Assembly (NCBI GenBank): GCA_002269645.1
Contig: NIVC01001309.1
Span: forward strand, 131,106 to 195,105
Source of the DNA: Macrostomum lignano
Taxonomy: Eukaryota
Direction of reading: 5' to 3'
DNA: 64,000 nucleotides
The translations under genes and the position numbers were made by a program. Below the pieces are notes generated by a model, which saw only the letters and a list, made by a program, of their open reading frames with translations, was not told the DNA's origin and ran no database searches. This document shows positions 45,751 to 58,246 of this stretch, piece by piece (position 1 is the stretch's first letter; each line of letters begins with the position of its first letter).

Positions 45751-47080
45751 CCCCCTACTTGTGGCCTTTTTTACCCAACTGCAAAGTCAAACAGGTGAGC
45801 ATATAATAACTGAATATAGCTTTGTAGTTTGTTTTTAATTTAGGCCATAAAAGATAAAACATAATATAACCATTGTATTACCTTTGAAGACAATAGCGTC
45901 TTCATTCACTAGTTTTTTTATCTTGGCTTACTAACTGGACTTAAGTTAAGAGTCAGAAGACAGAAGTTTATGCAGTATATACTATTGAGAAGTGAAAGTA
46001 GTAAGAGAATACAAAGTAGATCCTAAATCGATACATGTAAGAATAACCAAAGGCCGTGACCCCTCTGATCTTGGTAATGCCTAGGATTAGAAGTATATCC
46101 CATACATCTACCAGTAAACCAATATACTACTCAGGCCAGAATAATAGTAGAACACTATTATAATAGTAGAACGCAACTTATATACTAAGAATAATACTCA
46201 GACAACTACTCAAACTCTAAACAAAGTTTTAACAAAGTTAAATAAAGTTAAAAAATTTGTTATGTCATATTTAGTTGAACTAGACATTGTATTAGTGTGT
46301 CACCCAGAAAAGTATATAGTAGTCTAACATTATAGTAATATGCCACCAAAAGTATGTTGCTTTTCTATGTAGGTAGATATCAAATAGGGCCCTAGATGTT
46401 CTCTCAGAATCCTAGTCCTTTCAACTCAGTCCCTTTTAAAAAACAGAGAGCGATTGCTGGTTTTTGCCATAGATATAGCTTAAAGGCCATAGACATAGCC
46501 TTTAGCTATCTCAAACTAGTAACTATAGTCAGTGGGTTTATTTTTTGTATGCCAAGTGTGCATATGCACCCTAAATTTTAAAATCACACTTTGAAATTGA
46601 AAAGTGAGTGCAGTTTAGGTGCCGTCTTATAACTTATTTTTCTATTAAAGCCATATTCATATTGCCTTAAAATAAGAATAAGAGAAATTGCACTTTGAGC
46701 CTTAAAATTGCATTATAAAAGAGAGCATAAGGTGTGATTTTGCACTTTGTCTCTAGCAAAAAAGAAAACACTGACTATAGTATAGAAATAAAATTAACAT
46801 TTGTTTGCCATGTAATTGCCACATCTTATATTTGCATGAGTTCAAATATTTACTCAAGGTAACTAACAAAGTTGCTATTTTTCTAAAAATAATTAAGGGC
46901 AAGGCTAAGAGTCCAAAACTAGAGGATTGCCCAATTATGAATATAATCATTTTAACCACACATGTGCAACCCCCCTGATTTACACTGGCCATGCGACTTA
47001 TTTTTTGACCAAAAATGCAACTTACCCGTGAAAGAAACCCTAATGCAATTTTGGGTAAACTGCAGGAGTTACTATGATTA

Positions 47081-47376
47081 TATACATGCGCAACAGTCGG
47101 CCAAGTTGGCCCTTGGCCGATCTGGCTGACCAATTTGGCAGCCAACCATGGAAGTTGCAAAAATGCCCACCTGAAAAACACCAAGTAGTAGCACTAAGTA
47201 GCTGACGAGGCATTTTGGTTTATAAGACAGTTATAGTTACTCCTGCCGTTTACCCAAAGTTGCGTTAATTGCGTTTTACATGTATTGTAAGTCGCATTCT
47301 TGGCCAACAAATACATTGCATTTTTGTGAAACCTAAGTTGCACGGCCAACCGAATTTTGGAGGTTGCGCATGTATG
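47081..47376. mobile_element. Related MITE inserted into the outer MITE
   Basis: TATACATGCGCAAC...GTTGCGCATGTATG; TSD TATGATTA (47073-47080 and 47377-47384). Confidence 0.88.
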
Positions 47377-47431
47377 TATGATTATCTTATAAGGGCTAAA
47401 TGCCTCGTCATCTAATTAGTACTATGTCTGT

Positions 47432-50400
47432 TAGTGTTCCGCCGTCGCGAGTTTTGACCTCCGTAACCGTAACCGTAGCCGTAAGAAAGAAGCAACTTCT
47501 GTAGCCAAATTTTGCCGTCATTACGGGCTAAAAAAGTCCGTAACCGTAATTTGCCGTAACCGTAGCCGTAATGTATAACAAAAATTGATATTTTTGCATG
47601 AAAAGTAGGGCAGACAGAAAAGGACAGATAAAAAGGATAAAAGGATAGCAATAAAACCTATTTGTTGTTCGTTCATGCATTAATATTCATTTATTTTTTT
47701 GTAAATATAATATCTTTATCGAAGTATTCTATAGCATTGTTGTATGCAATTGTGTGCTTGGTGCCTTTTTCAGTTTTCTGTGTCGTGATTCTGTTTTGTT
47801 TCGCTACAATATGAATATATGACTGACGTGCCAAGGTCAATGTGTATGTTTAATATCATTAAATAAATATATGAATTTGTTCAAATAAAACTGCTTCAAA
47901 ATTTCCGATGACTAAGAAATTGCATGTTACATTTTTTTCATTTTCATTTTATTGCATTGTCTATTATATTGTCTTCTTTGGTTTCAATCAATTTTCAATC
48001 ATAATTCATATTCTTATCCTATTAGTATTTATTTAGTATTTCCTTATTAATATTCTTTCATCCTTATCCTCATAATCAAAATCTAATATCCTATTTTTAT
48101 GCTAAGGAGCTAAATGCTACATATGGCTAAGAAATAAGAATGCCAGATTCTTAGTCTCTTGTAGGCTTTGACTGGCTCTCTCTGTCTCGCTGTTATCATG
48201 CTATCACTATGCTATGCTATGCCGTATGCCTAATGAGAAAATTCGTGAAAAAATTCGTTTTTCATTTTCAAGAAGTTTCGTAGATATTTAGAAACTTAAC
48301 AAATGTAAAAAATAATAATAACTAGTTAATGAAGACAAAGTCTTTTCGCCCCAGTGAGCTTTGGGGTTGGAATTTTATAATACCTAGTGTTGTATCGATT
48401 ATTTAAAGACTTTCTTTCAAGGCATTATTAACGCTGATGCTCCTAATATTTTGCGTCGTGTCATACATAAAGTTAGCCTAATAGATAAAGTAGGGCGAGA
48501 GTTGTAAAATGTCTCTAACGTCAAATGATTTATAGGAAGGGAATTAGGGATGTCGATTCCCCAGGGAATTATCTTATCGGGGACCCCGGTGAAAAGAAAA
48601 AATAAGTAAAAACGGCGGATCACTTAAATTGTAAGTGGAATTTTTTAAACTTTGATTTAAGCTTTGTACTACATGTTCAAGGCGCAGGGGTAAAAATTTT
48701 AAACAATGTTTTTTTAAACTGTATTTGACAATGTGGCATCACGAAATCGTGCGCGCACCTTTATCGGAAAAGTGCATTTGTTGGAATGCATGCTAAACAG
48801 CTACGCTCGTGAGAGGATAATTAATGAATGAGACTGTTTTTATAATCGGAATTTTATTTCTTGCATATATATGTAAATCACCATTTTGTCCTTGTCTAAT
48901 AGGGAGTATATGTATGACACCCCCCTATGCGTCAGTGCCTGACGCATGACGCAGCGCTGCGCCTGCGTCAAGCCGTCAACGCAGACCAGCACAGCAGTCA
49001 CTAGTCAGTAAGGCTTCTTTTTCCTGACGGGTTTCTTTTCTACGTGCAATTTGCTTGATTGAATGACTTATTAGTGAAAAAACAATCAAACGTGTGTTGT
49101 GTTTCAAATTATACATGTAATGCATTGAAATAAGCAATTATGCGGTAAAAGAGCATAGACAGAGTTTCAATCAGCTTTCTGTGAATCAGTTTCTAATTTT
49201 AATGGCAAAAATTAAGTTACAAATGCATTTTTTCATATTTTTTCTCCCCAGAGTCCCCGGTTAAATTCCCCGGAGAGTATTCCCCGACAAGCTCCCCGGG
49301 GAGCACTCCTGGGGTCAACATCCCTAGAAGGGAAACTACGAGCATAAGTTCTGCAACACATATACAAGTAGCTAAGCATTAATAGACGCACTGCACCGAT
49401 AAAATGTAATGGAATTGCTCGAATCACCGACACCAAGACCCATAAAACTGGAGAAACTGGCAGGATATAGTAGATACATGTAGGTCAGAATCAGAAGTGA
49501 TCATGGGTAGGTGGGTCAAGTGATCATGGGTTCGACCTCGATTGTATTATTCCTTCTTAATCTTATGCAATTAATTGTAAATTAGGTATGAAGTAACAGT
49601 AATTATCCTTGACCATGCTAGAGTAAAGACAAGTCAAAGTCAAGTTAATAAAAATAGACACACAGTGTAACAATAACAATGGTTTTTAGAGCCATTTTTC
49701 TTGTCTGTGTTTGTCTTTGTACATACATGTACATTTGGGAAGACTTATCTGGACCCAATCCCTTCTTATTCTACATGTACGCTGTTTTGGGTATGGGGGT
49801 TAGAGTTGGGCCGTCTGACACCCCCTCCCCCCCCCTACCATAGTGGACTGGAGAGAAAGAAGCACATGCTATCGCTATTGGCTAGCCTGTCGTTCTCTTT
49901 TTCTTTACCTTCTGTCTTGTGTAGCGTACACTATCCAATGCACAAGGCCCAACTTTCCACTAAAGGAAGGTTCATATAGTCCGCCCATGGGCTTCCTCTT
50001 GCTTTCGCGTACACTCAAGGCCACTCACTCTCAACACCAGCCACTAGAGGCTTGTTTTAAATAATCGATCGATAATATTAAATGTACACTTGAAAGCTTG
50101 CTTTGGATCCTAGCAGAAGGGGGAGAAAGTGGCCAAGGCCACCACACCCCACAAGGCAGGCAGGCCGGCCCGAGTGCGATAACGAATGACAAAAAAATAG
50201 AAAAGTACAATTTACACATCAACTTTCAATACAATAAATACAATAATAGGTACGGTATTAATGACAGTGTATTTTCGCACAAAGTAGCTACGTTCAAACC
50301 ACCAGCACGTAAACAGCTAAAATTTCACTGTTTATGAAATTTTATAAAATTTAACACATCATTTTAGATATTGAAAACTTTTAAAGGAGGGTATTACTGT

Positions 50401-51906
50401 TGCATGTGACTATAAAATCGTGGTAGGTATAGCTGATGATGAAACTGGTGATTGGTATCTAGCTTTTTTGATAACTTAGCCGGTTAGACCCCGAAATAGC
50501 TATTGTAATTTGTAACGCTGGAGCCAAATACAAATACAATGGAGCAATTAGTTTCTCTCAAATCTGTCTCTGCCAGTGCCAGTTTAGTCCATAGTAAGTA
50601 ACCAAAGTAAAATACCCATTAGTGGTCCCGTTTCTAATGTTTATAAATATTAAGCTTCAGTTTACTTTTGGCACAGTATGCAATTTTGAAAATTCACCCT
50701 AATAACGGTTTGCACCAGCAGGAAAGCAACTATTTTGTTGTTGGAAATCGGATTAAGCAGTCAAAAGAGTGTATTTCTATGAAAAAAGGTACTTTTTTTC
50801 CATTTTTTCAAATATTTAAACAGGTTTCGCTCTTTCAATAAAAAAATCATCGCAGTACCTTAAAGTACAGTTAGTTTGGAATTAGATGACGGCGTTGAAT
50901 TGTTTCTTCCATATTCCAAAAATTATAATGAGCACTTTTCCTCAAATCAGTTTGAGATCATGATTTTTAGTCTTTCGTCGATAACTTTCTGATTTCAAAT
51001 GTTTAAGAATTGAAAACTTCCACACTTGTGTATCTTTGAATTGCGCATCAATTGGTGCATAGTATGTATGCTTAACTATTAGCAGTATAGAAAAAAATGC
51101 AAAAAACTGTAAAAGTACATTTTCAATTTTTGCATTTTTTGCAACCAAAGTGCCAACTTTTTGATACAATTGAAAAAAACAACCCAATAATGTTATGCAT
51201 CTTAGTAAGGCGCACCTATAACCCTCGAACATTTTTAGCTCGAGTTTTAATGTGCATGAGGAAATGCACTTTTGTAAAGACATAATCTTAAGACAAACAT
51301 TTCAACTGAAGCCTGTTCCTTTTCTCCGCAGTGAATCCATACAAAACTATACTCGTTAAATAGATCAGATTCTTCTCTTTAAAATGACACCTCACTTGTG
51401 AAATTCGCACTTGTAGTTTTGAAGTTACAGCAGTTTTTGTGAGATTTTTCTTGTCATTTTTTCGATGCACACGTCTCATATTATTATATTCGTCACAAGC
51501 CAGACCACCCAATGCGCTTCGCGCATTGGCTGGCTGTTTGTTCCTCATGCTCGGCACTTTGTGCCTCGCGCGTTCGCTCCGCTCACCCCACAAACCCAAG
51601 GACACGCGCTTCGCGCGTGTCCTTGGGTTTGTGGGTTTCGCGGAGCTCACTGGGAACTAGTAAAACAAAATGAAAACTGGTTGAAGTTGATATAAAAAAA
51701 ATCTTTTATAACACTAAACAGTTAAAAATAAATAATTTTTGTTACGGCTACCAATTATGGCAAGTCTAGAAAAATCTCCGTAATCCGTAACCGTAACCAT
51801 AAGCTCAAAATATGTCCATAACCATAATCCGTAATGAAAATTTGGCTTCAAAAGTGTCGTAGCCGTAATTTGCCATAGCCGTAGCCGTAATTACGGTGGA
51901 ACACTA
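47432..51906. mobile_element. 4475-bp non-autonomous hAT-type element
   Basis: TIR TAGTGTTCC(G/A)CCGT, TSD ATGTCTGT (47424-47431 and 51907-51914), CCGTAA/CCGTAG subterminal arrays at both ends; no transposase seen. Confidence 0.85.
51577..51660 (+). mobile_element. Helitron-like 3' terminus
   Basis: Perfect 23-bp hairpin (51587-51635), then CTAG followed by T; the 5' TC end was not located. Confidence 0.45.
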
Positions 51907-53532
51907 ATGTCTGTATTCTCTAGGCTGGGAATTTTTGCAACTTACCCCTGGTCCACCACAATTTATGGTGGCCAGATTAGCCAGGTTGGCCAGCCAGCAG
52001 TTGCAGATGTATGATTTTAACTATATCTTAACTTGACATAAACATATAGTAGGTACATGGCAATATGGCATAGATTCCTTTGATTAATAATTAGGCATAA
52101 TATAGCCATAGGAATTTTGCTTCTTTGCTGACCTTCTTGCTACAATACATTGCTAGGTTAGACCTAGTATAACCAAGACAACTATAGGCCTATGGCTATA
52201 CCAAGATAGCCATAGATCTAAATATCTAAATTGATAATTAATAGACCTAAGACTAAGTCTAAGACTAGGTATATTTTTTTCATTTCCTATAGGCTATGTA
52301 GGCCTATAGGCTATAGGCCCCTATTTGGCAAATATGAAGTTTGTAATTGTAGGCCTAGGCTAGTTTGCTATCAACTTATTAAAAAGATAACCATATCATT
52401 ATCAAGGAGAAGAATCAGAAGATAATAGTTAGGTTTTAGTAATGCCGCCAGTATGCTGTAAGGTTTACTGGTTTATACAGAGCTTGCGTGCGCGGCAGCC
52501 GTCCACATAGTGTTTTAATTGCGTGTACGTCAGGTCTGCATCTTAGTGAATAAGGTGGTTTGAAAAGATAGATACTTCGGGCAGTAGTAGTAGTAGTAAG
52601 TTTGGCTCAGGCAGGAAGCCTGTTTGGCCAATATATTTCAATGTATTTAATAGATCAAGAGTAGAAGGAAATATTTATGATAAGTACCCGTCGCTGTAGC
52701 GATTTTAGCAAATTTGAATTGCCGCCTACGTTGAGTTCGAACGAATCAAGCCGGAAGATCGCGCAGTTAATCTCAGAAACCGGGTTACTCCGTCTGCCGG
52801 GTTCCTTAATTCTGGGGGAGTGTTGTTGAAGTCATAGTCGAGTGGTCGTAAATGGGCGTCGTTCAAGTTGGGTCCTATGATACCGAAGTTTAATGTGCGT
52901 CGATTTGCGTTGAAACTTACTAAGAGTAGCGTAGGGCTGGAACATTTGATTATCAGAAGCTTGCTTGGAGTTGATAATTGGGTTATTTTGTAATGAACGC
53001 GCAACCGAGAAATACGTGTATTATTCAAGAGTGCCAAAAAGCATATTATATAGAGGGGCGAGGGGGGCTGAGCAATCGATAGCAACGTACATGATTGGGG
53101 GACGGGGCGGCTGGGGCGCAGATGTGCGTACAATAAATTATAGTTACAAGTGCATCACTGACATCTCTCTTCTAATAGCAAAAATCGAGAGGAATTAAAA
53201 TCAATTGTTCGAAGAATTATCACTAATCACTCCTTTCTAATAGCAAAAAAACGAGAGGAAATAAAATCAATTTCTCGAAGGAATTATCGCTTCCAAAACA
53301 TTTCATTATTTGCGCATTAGGCATGTGCGAGAACTCAAAAAAATATTTCTATTAAAACAAATGCAAAAATTAATTTTTTTTCAATATTTTTAGACAAAAA
53401 AATCAACAACGAAATTCGATTTAGATAAGGAATAAAATATTTGGAATATTTTCTCAGCAACAAAATCAGCGGATTAATTGAAAATCCATGTTACAGTCCT
53501 TGAAAACAAACAAAAGTCACTGTCCCTATCAC

Positions 53533-56225
53533 TCACACGTCATGTCTGTAGCGGAGAGGCGGAATGCCCTTTGTGGCCCTGGCAGAGCGGCGCAGTGGCT
53601 CTTCAGGCTCCGCAAGGTCTGATGCCGCCAACTCATCGCCGGCCGGAGCCGCCTGGGCCGCCCGCTGGACGTCTTCGGCTTCAGCAGTGGACTGCTGCGG
53701 CGGCACTGGTCGCAGGTCCCGGCGATTGCGAATCAGCTCCCTGCCGCTTTGAGTCAGCAGTCGGTAGTTGCGGTGCTCCGGGTCAGCTTGCGTCACAACA
53801 GCTGGCTCCCATCTGAAACCATGCCGAAAACGAACTGCATCTCCCTGATTCAATGTTGAGAGCGGTCGGGCTTGCTGGTCGTAGTGCCGTTTTTGAGCAG
53901 CCTGCAGCGGGGCTTTAGAGAATCCGGTTGTTCTGTCTTTGAGCAGCGCCTCCTCACCTGCTGGCAGCTTCGTACGAATCAACCGACCGAACATGAGCTC
54001 GCTGGGGCTGGTGCTCGTACCGCTAATTGGTGAAGCTCGATATTCCATTAGCGCAATTTCAGGCTGATCAGCTTTCCTCAGGATGCTCTTTGCCACTTTG
54101 ACTGCCTTTTCAGCCATCCCGTTGGACTGTGGATATCCGGGTGACGAGCGCGTGTGCACGAACCAAACTGTGCAGCAAACTCTTGAAACTTAAACGAGCT
54201 GAATGGGGGCCCATTGTCACTGACCAGCTCTTCGACGATACCGAACCTGGCGAACATCGACTTAATTCGAGCAATCACTAGGTCAGCTCCAGACTGTTGA
54301 CCTAACTTTGCCAGTTCGATCCAGTTGCTGTAATAGCAGGTAACGACTAGCCACTTGTCGCCATTGAAGTCCAGCAGATCACAACCAACCTTGGTCCATG
54401 GTGCATTCGGAATCTGATGGTTCAACAGCGGTTCCTTTGGGTTGGCCGGCTGAAACGTTTGACAAGTGCTGCAGTTCTTCACGAAGTTCTTAATGTCCGC
54501 TGACATGCCTGGCCAGTACAGAATTTGACGAGCTCGGGCCTCCGTCTTGCCCGCGCCAGCATGACCTTCGTGTAAAATTTGCAGAATCTTCTGTCGCAAC
54601 GATGCTGGAACAATAACGCGGTCCAACTTCATCAGCACGCCATCATTGTAGGTCAAGTCCTCCTTGAAGCTCCAATACGGACGGACAGAGTGGCAAATGT
54701 TCCAAAAGTTGCTTGGCCAACCCGTCAGAACAAACCGGGCTACAGAACTTAAGTCCGAATCTTTGCGGGTCTCGTCTCGGATTTCTTGCAAAGGAATGGC
54801 GGAAATCGGGAGGCTCTTGCTCATTTGATGCACCTCCACCTCAATTTCGTCGTCTAGAGCAGCCTCGGCCTCCGGAAGGTAAGCTCTTGAAAGCGTATCG
54901 GCAATCAGCATCTTGGATCCCGGTGCCCAGGATACACGCAGATTGTATCTTTTGAGTTGGTACAGCATTCGAGCAATGCGTGGCGGAACATGCAGCAAGT
55001 CACGCTTAAAAATAACCTCCAGGGGCTTGTGGTCTGTAGTCACTCGTACTACTGGAAGGCCATATATGTAGTCATGAAATTTCTTGCAAGCAATAACAAC
55101 GGCCAGAGTCTCCTTCTCAATCTGAGCATAGTTCTTTTGCGTGTTGGTCAGCGCAGCCGATCCATACGCCACAGGCTGTCCATTCTGCAGCAAAACGCAA
55201 CCAACTCCGACCGATGAACTGTCAACTTGAAGCTCAACTTCCATATCGGCGTCAAACAACCTTAGCACAGGAGCGTCCGACAGAACATCTTTTAGCTTCT
55301 CAAAAGCTTGCTGCTGCTTCTCTTGCCAGTCAAAAAGCACCTCCTTCTTGAGCAGGGCACGAAGAGGTTCAGTGATGTCCGATGCATTCGGAATAAACTT
55401 GCCCAGGTAGGTTGCCATGCCAAGCAGCCGCATCACTGCCTGCTTATCACCTGGAACCGGAAGCTCTTGAATGGCTTTTACTTTAGCAGGATCTGGACGA
55501 ACACCGTCAGATGAGATCACGTGACCAACATAGTTTACTGAAGTAACACCAACTTTCAATTTCTTGCGATTTAGCTTTAAATTCGACTGACGGGCCTCAC
55601 TGAGCACCTTGAGTAGCTTCTGATCGTGCTCTTCGCGGGTCCGTCCCCAGACAAGCATATCATCAACAATTACCTCAGCCCAGCTGCTGAAAATTTTGCT
55701 TAGCTCACGTTGGTAGACTTCCGGTGCATCAATAGTTCCTGGGGGCAGGCGAACAAATTTGTATCTGTCCCACGGAGTGTTGAAAGTACAGAGCTGTGTA
55801 CTTTCTTCGTCAAGTCTTATCTGCCAAAAACCAGTCTTTGCATCCAGCACGGTGAAATACTTGGCACCTGGAATGCGCGCAACAACTTGCTCGACTGTTG
55901 TCATCGGGTAGTGAGCGCGCTTGATAGCTTTGTTGAGATGTGTCGGATCGATACACAGTCGCAGGCTGCCATCTGGCTTGTGCACAGTAACCAAAGAGTT
56001 TACCCAATCCGTTGGCTCAGAAACTTTAACGATGACTCCGAGGGCCTCCATGCGCTTTAACTCCTCCTGAACTTTGCCTTGCAGCGCAAAGGGAATCTTT
56101 CTCGGAGCATTGACGACAGGAACAGCATGTTCATCGAGAGTAAACGAGTGCACGTAAGGCAAACAGCCAAGCTTGTCGTCAAACAGGTCACTGAATTCCT
56201 CTAGCACGAACTTTTCGTCAATCAC
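53533..56225 (-). mobile_element. Gypsy LTR-retrotransposon pol fragment (RT, RNase H, integrase)
   Basis: LRLCIDP..LN, VLDAKTGFWQI, VIVDDMLVWG, VDSS..GVG, YAQIEKE, TDHKPL, HHCC finger, SDNGP and QSNGMAE. Frameshift near 54160; gag, protease and LTRs not seen. Confidence 0.93.
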
Positions 56226-57274
56226 CGGTGGCTGTCTCCCAAGAAAACGAAAGGTGAAGGTTACCCAGAAGGAAGGTGGGATGCCAGCCGAAGCGGCCCG
56301 CTGCGCTCTACCGCGATGGCGGAATTGGTACCGCTCTACCGCGCTGCTCGTCCAGTCGCCGACCCGCATGATAGCGTCGGGGATGCCGGCATTCGCGGCG
56401 GACTTGGCGCCCCCCCCCGCCGCAACGATCGAGTGCCCGGAAAAGCTGGCCAGCTCTGAATACCCAGCCGCCCGCAGGGCCGTCTTCAGCCGCTTGGCAA
56501 AGGCGTGCGCGGTGAGCGGCGCGAGGGCTGCGGGCCCCGCGAAGAGATGATGTTGAGCATCTTGAGGATGGTTGATGAGCAGCTGCTTCTCGAGCGCTGC
56601 AACTGGCCGGCAAAGTCGATTGCCGGCTTGGAGCCGCGACAGAAAGACACGGTGCTGGCGCGCACCAAACTGGTTGGTTTTCGACCTTGGAATGACGAGA
56701 ATATAGTGCCGGCACTAGCCGGCCTGATGCAGCTCGCGCTGAGGTCCCGAAGGAGGTCAAACCAACCGGCGACGCACAGATTGGCCCTCAGCGGTGTCGG
56801 AATTCATATTTCAAAGTGGGGAAGGGGCTATTGGTGGGAGGGCACATTGCACATGATATTTTTAATCTAAGGGCAACCAAACTCTTGCTGTTACATGTAA
56901 GTCAGTTTGTGACATTAATTGTAACAACCAGGCCAATATTCAATGCTGTGTCCGGAATTAAAGTAGCCAAAAGTCTGAAAATGCTCGAATTTCCAACTAA
57001 TTCAAACATTGCGCAACTGCACTGCACTGCACTATCAATTTATTTATTAAATATCTCAAATGATGAAAATTGCCAGGGCAATACCAGTAATTTTCTGGAT
57101 CTCTTGGCTGCCTCCTTCAGTTTCTCTTGGCGCTGTCTCTTTATTCTTTTAGCTGAAAGCATTTTAGTGCTTTTAGTTGCAGCGCCAGCAGCGGTTTAAG
57201 TCTTGGGATTGCGGCTGACTCGGAATTTCGATCAGAGATGCCAAATTACGAGCTAAAAGAGCTGAATACTAAAA

Positions 57275-58246
57275 CAGGGGTTGGCAAACTCCGGCCTGAG
57301 GGCCAAATGTGGCCCGCAAAGCCTCTCTATCCGGCCCTTGGGTCCTTTGAATCTTCACAATAGGAATCCGGCCTGCTCTATGTTTGTGTCTCTTCTTATA
57401 TTATCCTGTCCTCTCCTTTCCTCTCTTCTCCTCTCCTTTCCTCTCTTCTCCTCTCCTTTCCTCTCCTCTCCTCTCCTTTCCTCTCCTCTCCTCTCCTGTC
57501 CTCTCCTCTCCTCACCTTTCCTCTCCTCTCCTCTCCTCGCTTTCCTCTCCTCTCCTCTCCTCTCCTCTCCTCTATTCTCATCTCCTCTCCTCTCCTCTCC
57601 TCTCCTCTCCTCTCCTTTCCTCTCCTCTCTTCTCTCCTTTCCTTTCCTCTTTTCTCATCTCCTCACGTCTCTCCTCTCCTCTCATCTCACCTCTTTCCTC
57701 TCCTCTCATCTCACCTCTTTCCTCTCCTCTCCTCTCCTCTCCTCTCCTCTCTTCTCATCTCCTCTCCTCTCCTCTCCTCTCCTCTCCTCTCCTTTCCTCT
57801 CCTCTCTTCTCTCCTCTCCTTTCCTTTCCTCTTTTCTCATCTCCTCACCTCTCTCCTCTCCTCTCATCTCATCTCTCTCCTCTCCTCTCATCTCCTCACC
57901 TCTCTCCTCTCCTCTCATCTCTCGTATCCTCTCCATTCTCTTCTCTCTCCTTTCCTCTCTTCTCTCTAATATTTCGACTCTCCTCTCCTCATTTATCTCC
58001 TCTCTCCTCTCTCCTCTCCTATATTATCTCTCTTCTAGTCTACTCTCTTCTTTATTCCTTCGCCTCTCCTTTCTCCTGCGCTCGTATTTCTCTTCTCTAT
58101 TCCCTATCCTCTCTCCCTACAGCCCGCAGTCATCAGAGACTCCTGGGCGCGCGTTTCGCTTAGGGGGCCCAGCGAAGCGCACCCAGAAGGGCAGCCATGC
58201 GCTGCTCTCAATCTGGCCCTTGAGGTAAAAAGTTTGCTGACCCCTG
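57275..58246. mobile_element. hAT (Charlie-like) MITE carrying a CT-rich microsatellite
   Basis: TIRs CAGGGGTTGGCAAACT and AGTTTGCTGACCCCTG; TSD TACTAAAA/CACTAAAA (1 mismatch). Confidence 0.8.
57405..58115. repeat. (CTCTC/CTCCT)n pyrimidine-rich repeat
   Basis: About 700 bp of near-pure polypyrimidine. Confidence 0.95.

Larger units (their letters stand above)
46957..52013. mobile_element. CATACATG-family MITE split by two nested insertions
   Basis: Ends CACACATGTGCAAC and GTTGCAGATGTATG; TSD ATTTTAAC (46949-46956 and 52014-52021); residual pieces align to the reverse complement of 5047-5326. Confidence 0.88.

Noticed and set aside
52678-53132. Possible solo LTR or 3' LTR of the Gypsy fragment (TG...CA)
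   Set aside because: Flanks do not form a TSD, and no polypurine tract links it to the pol end.
53171-53288. Two-copy duplication of about 65 bp
   Set aside because: Ordinary local duplication with no further structure.
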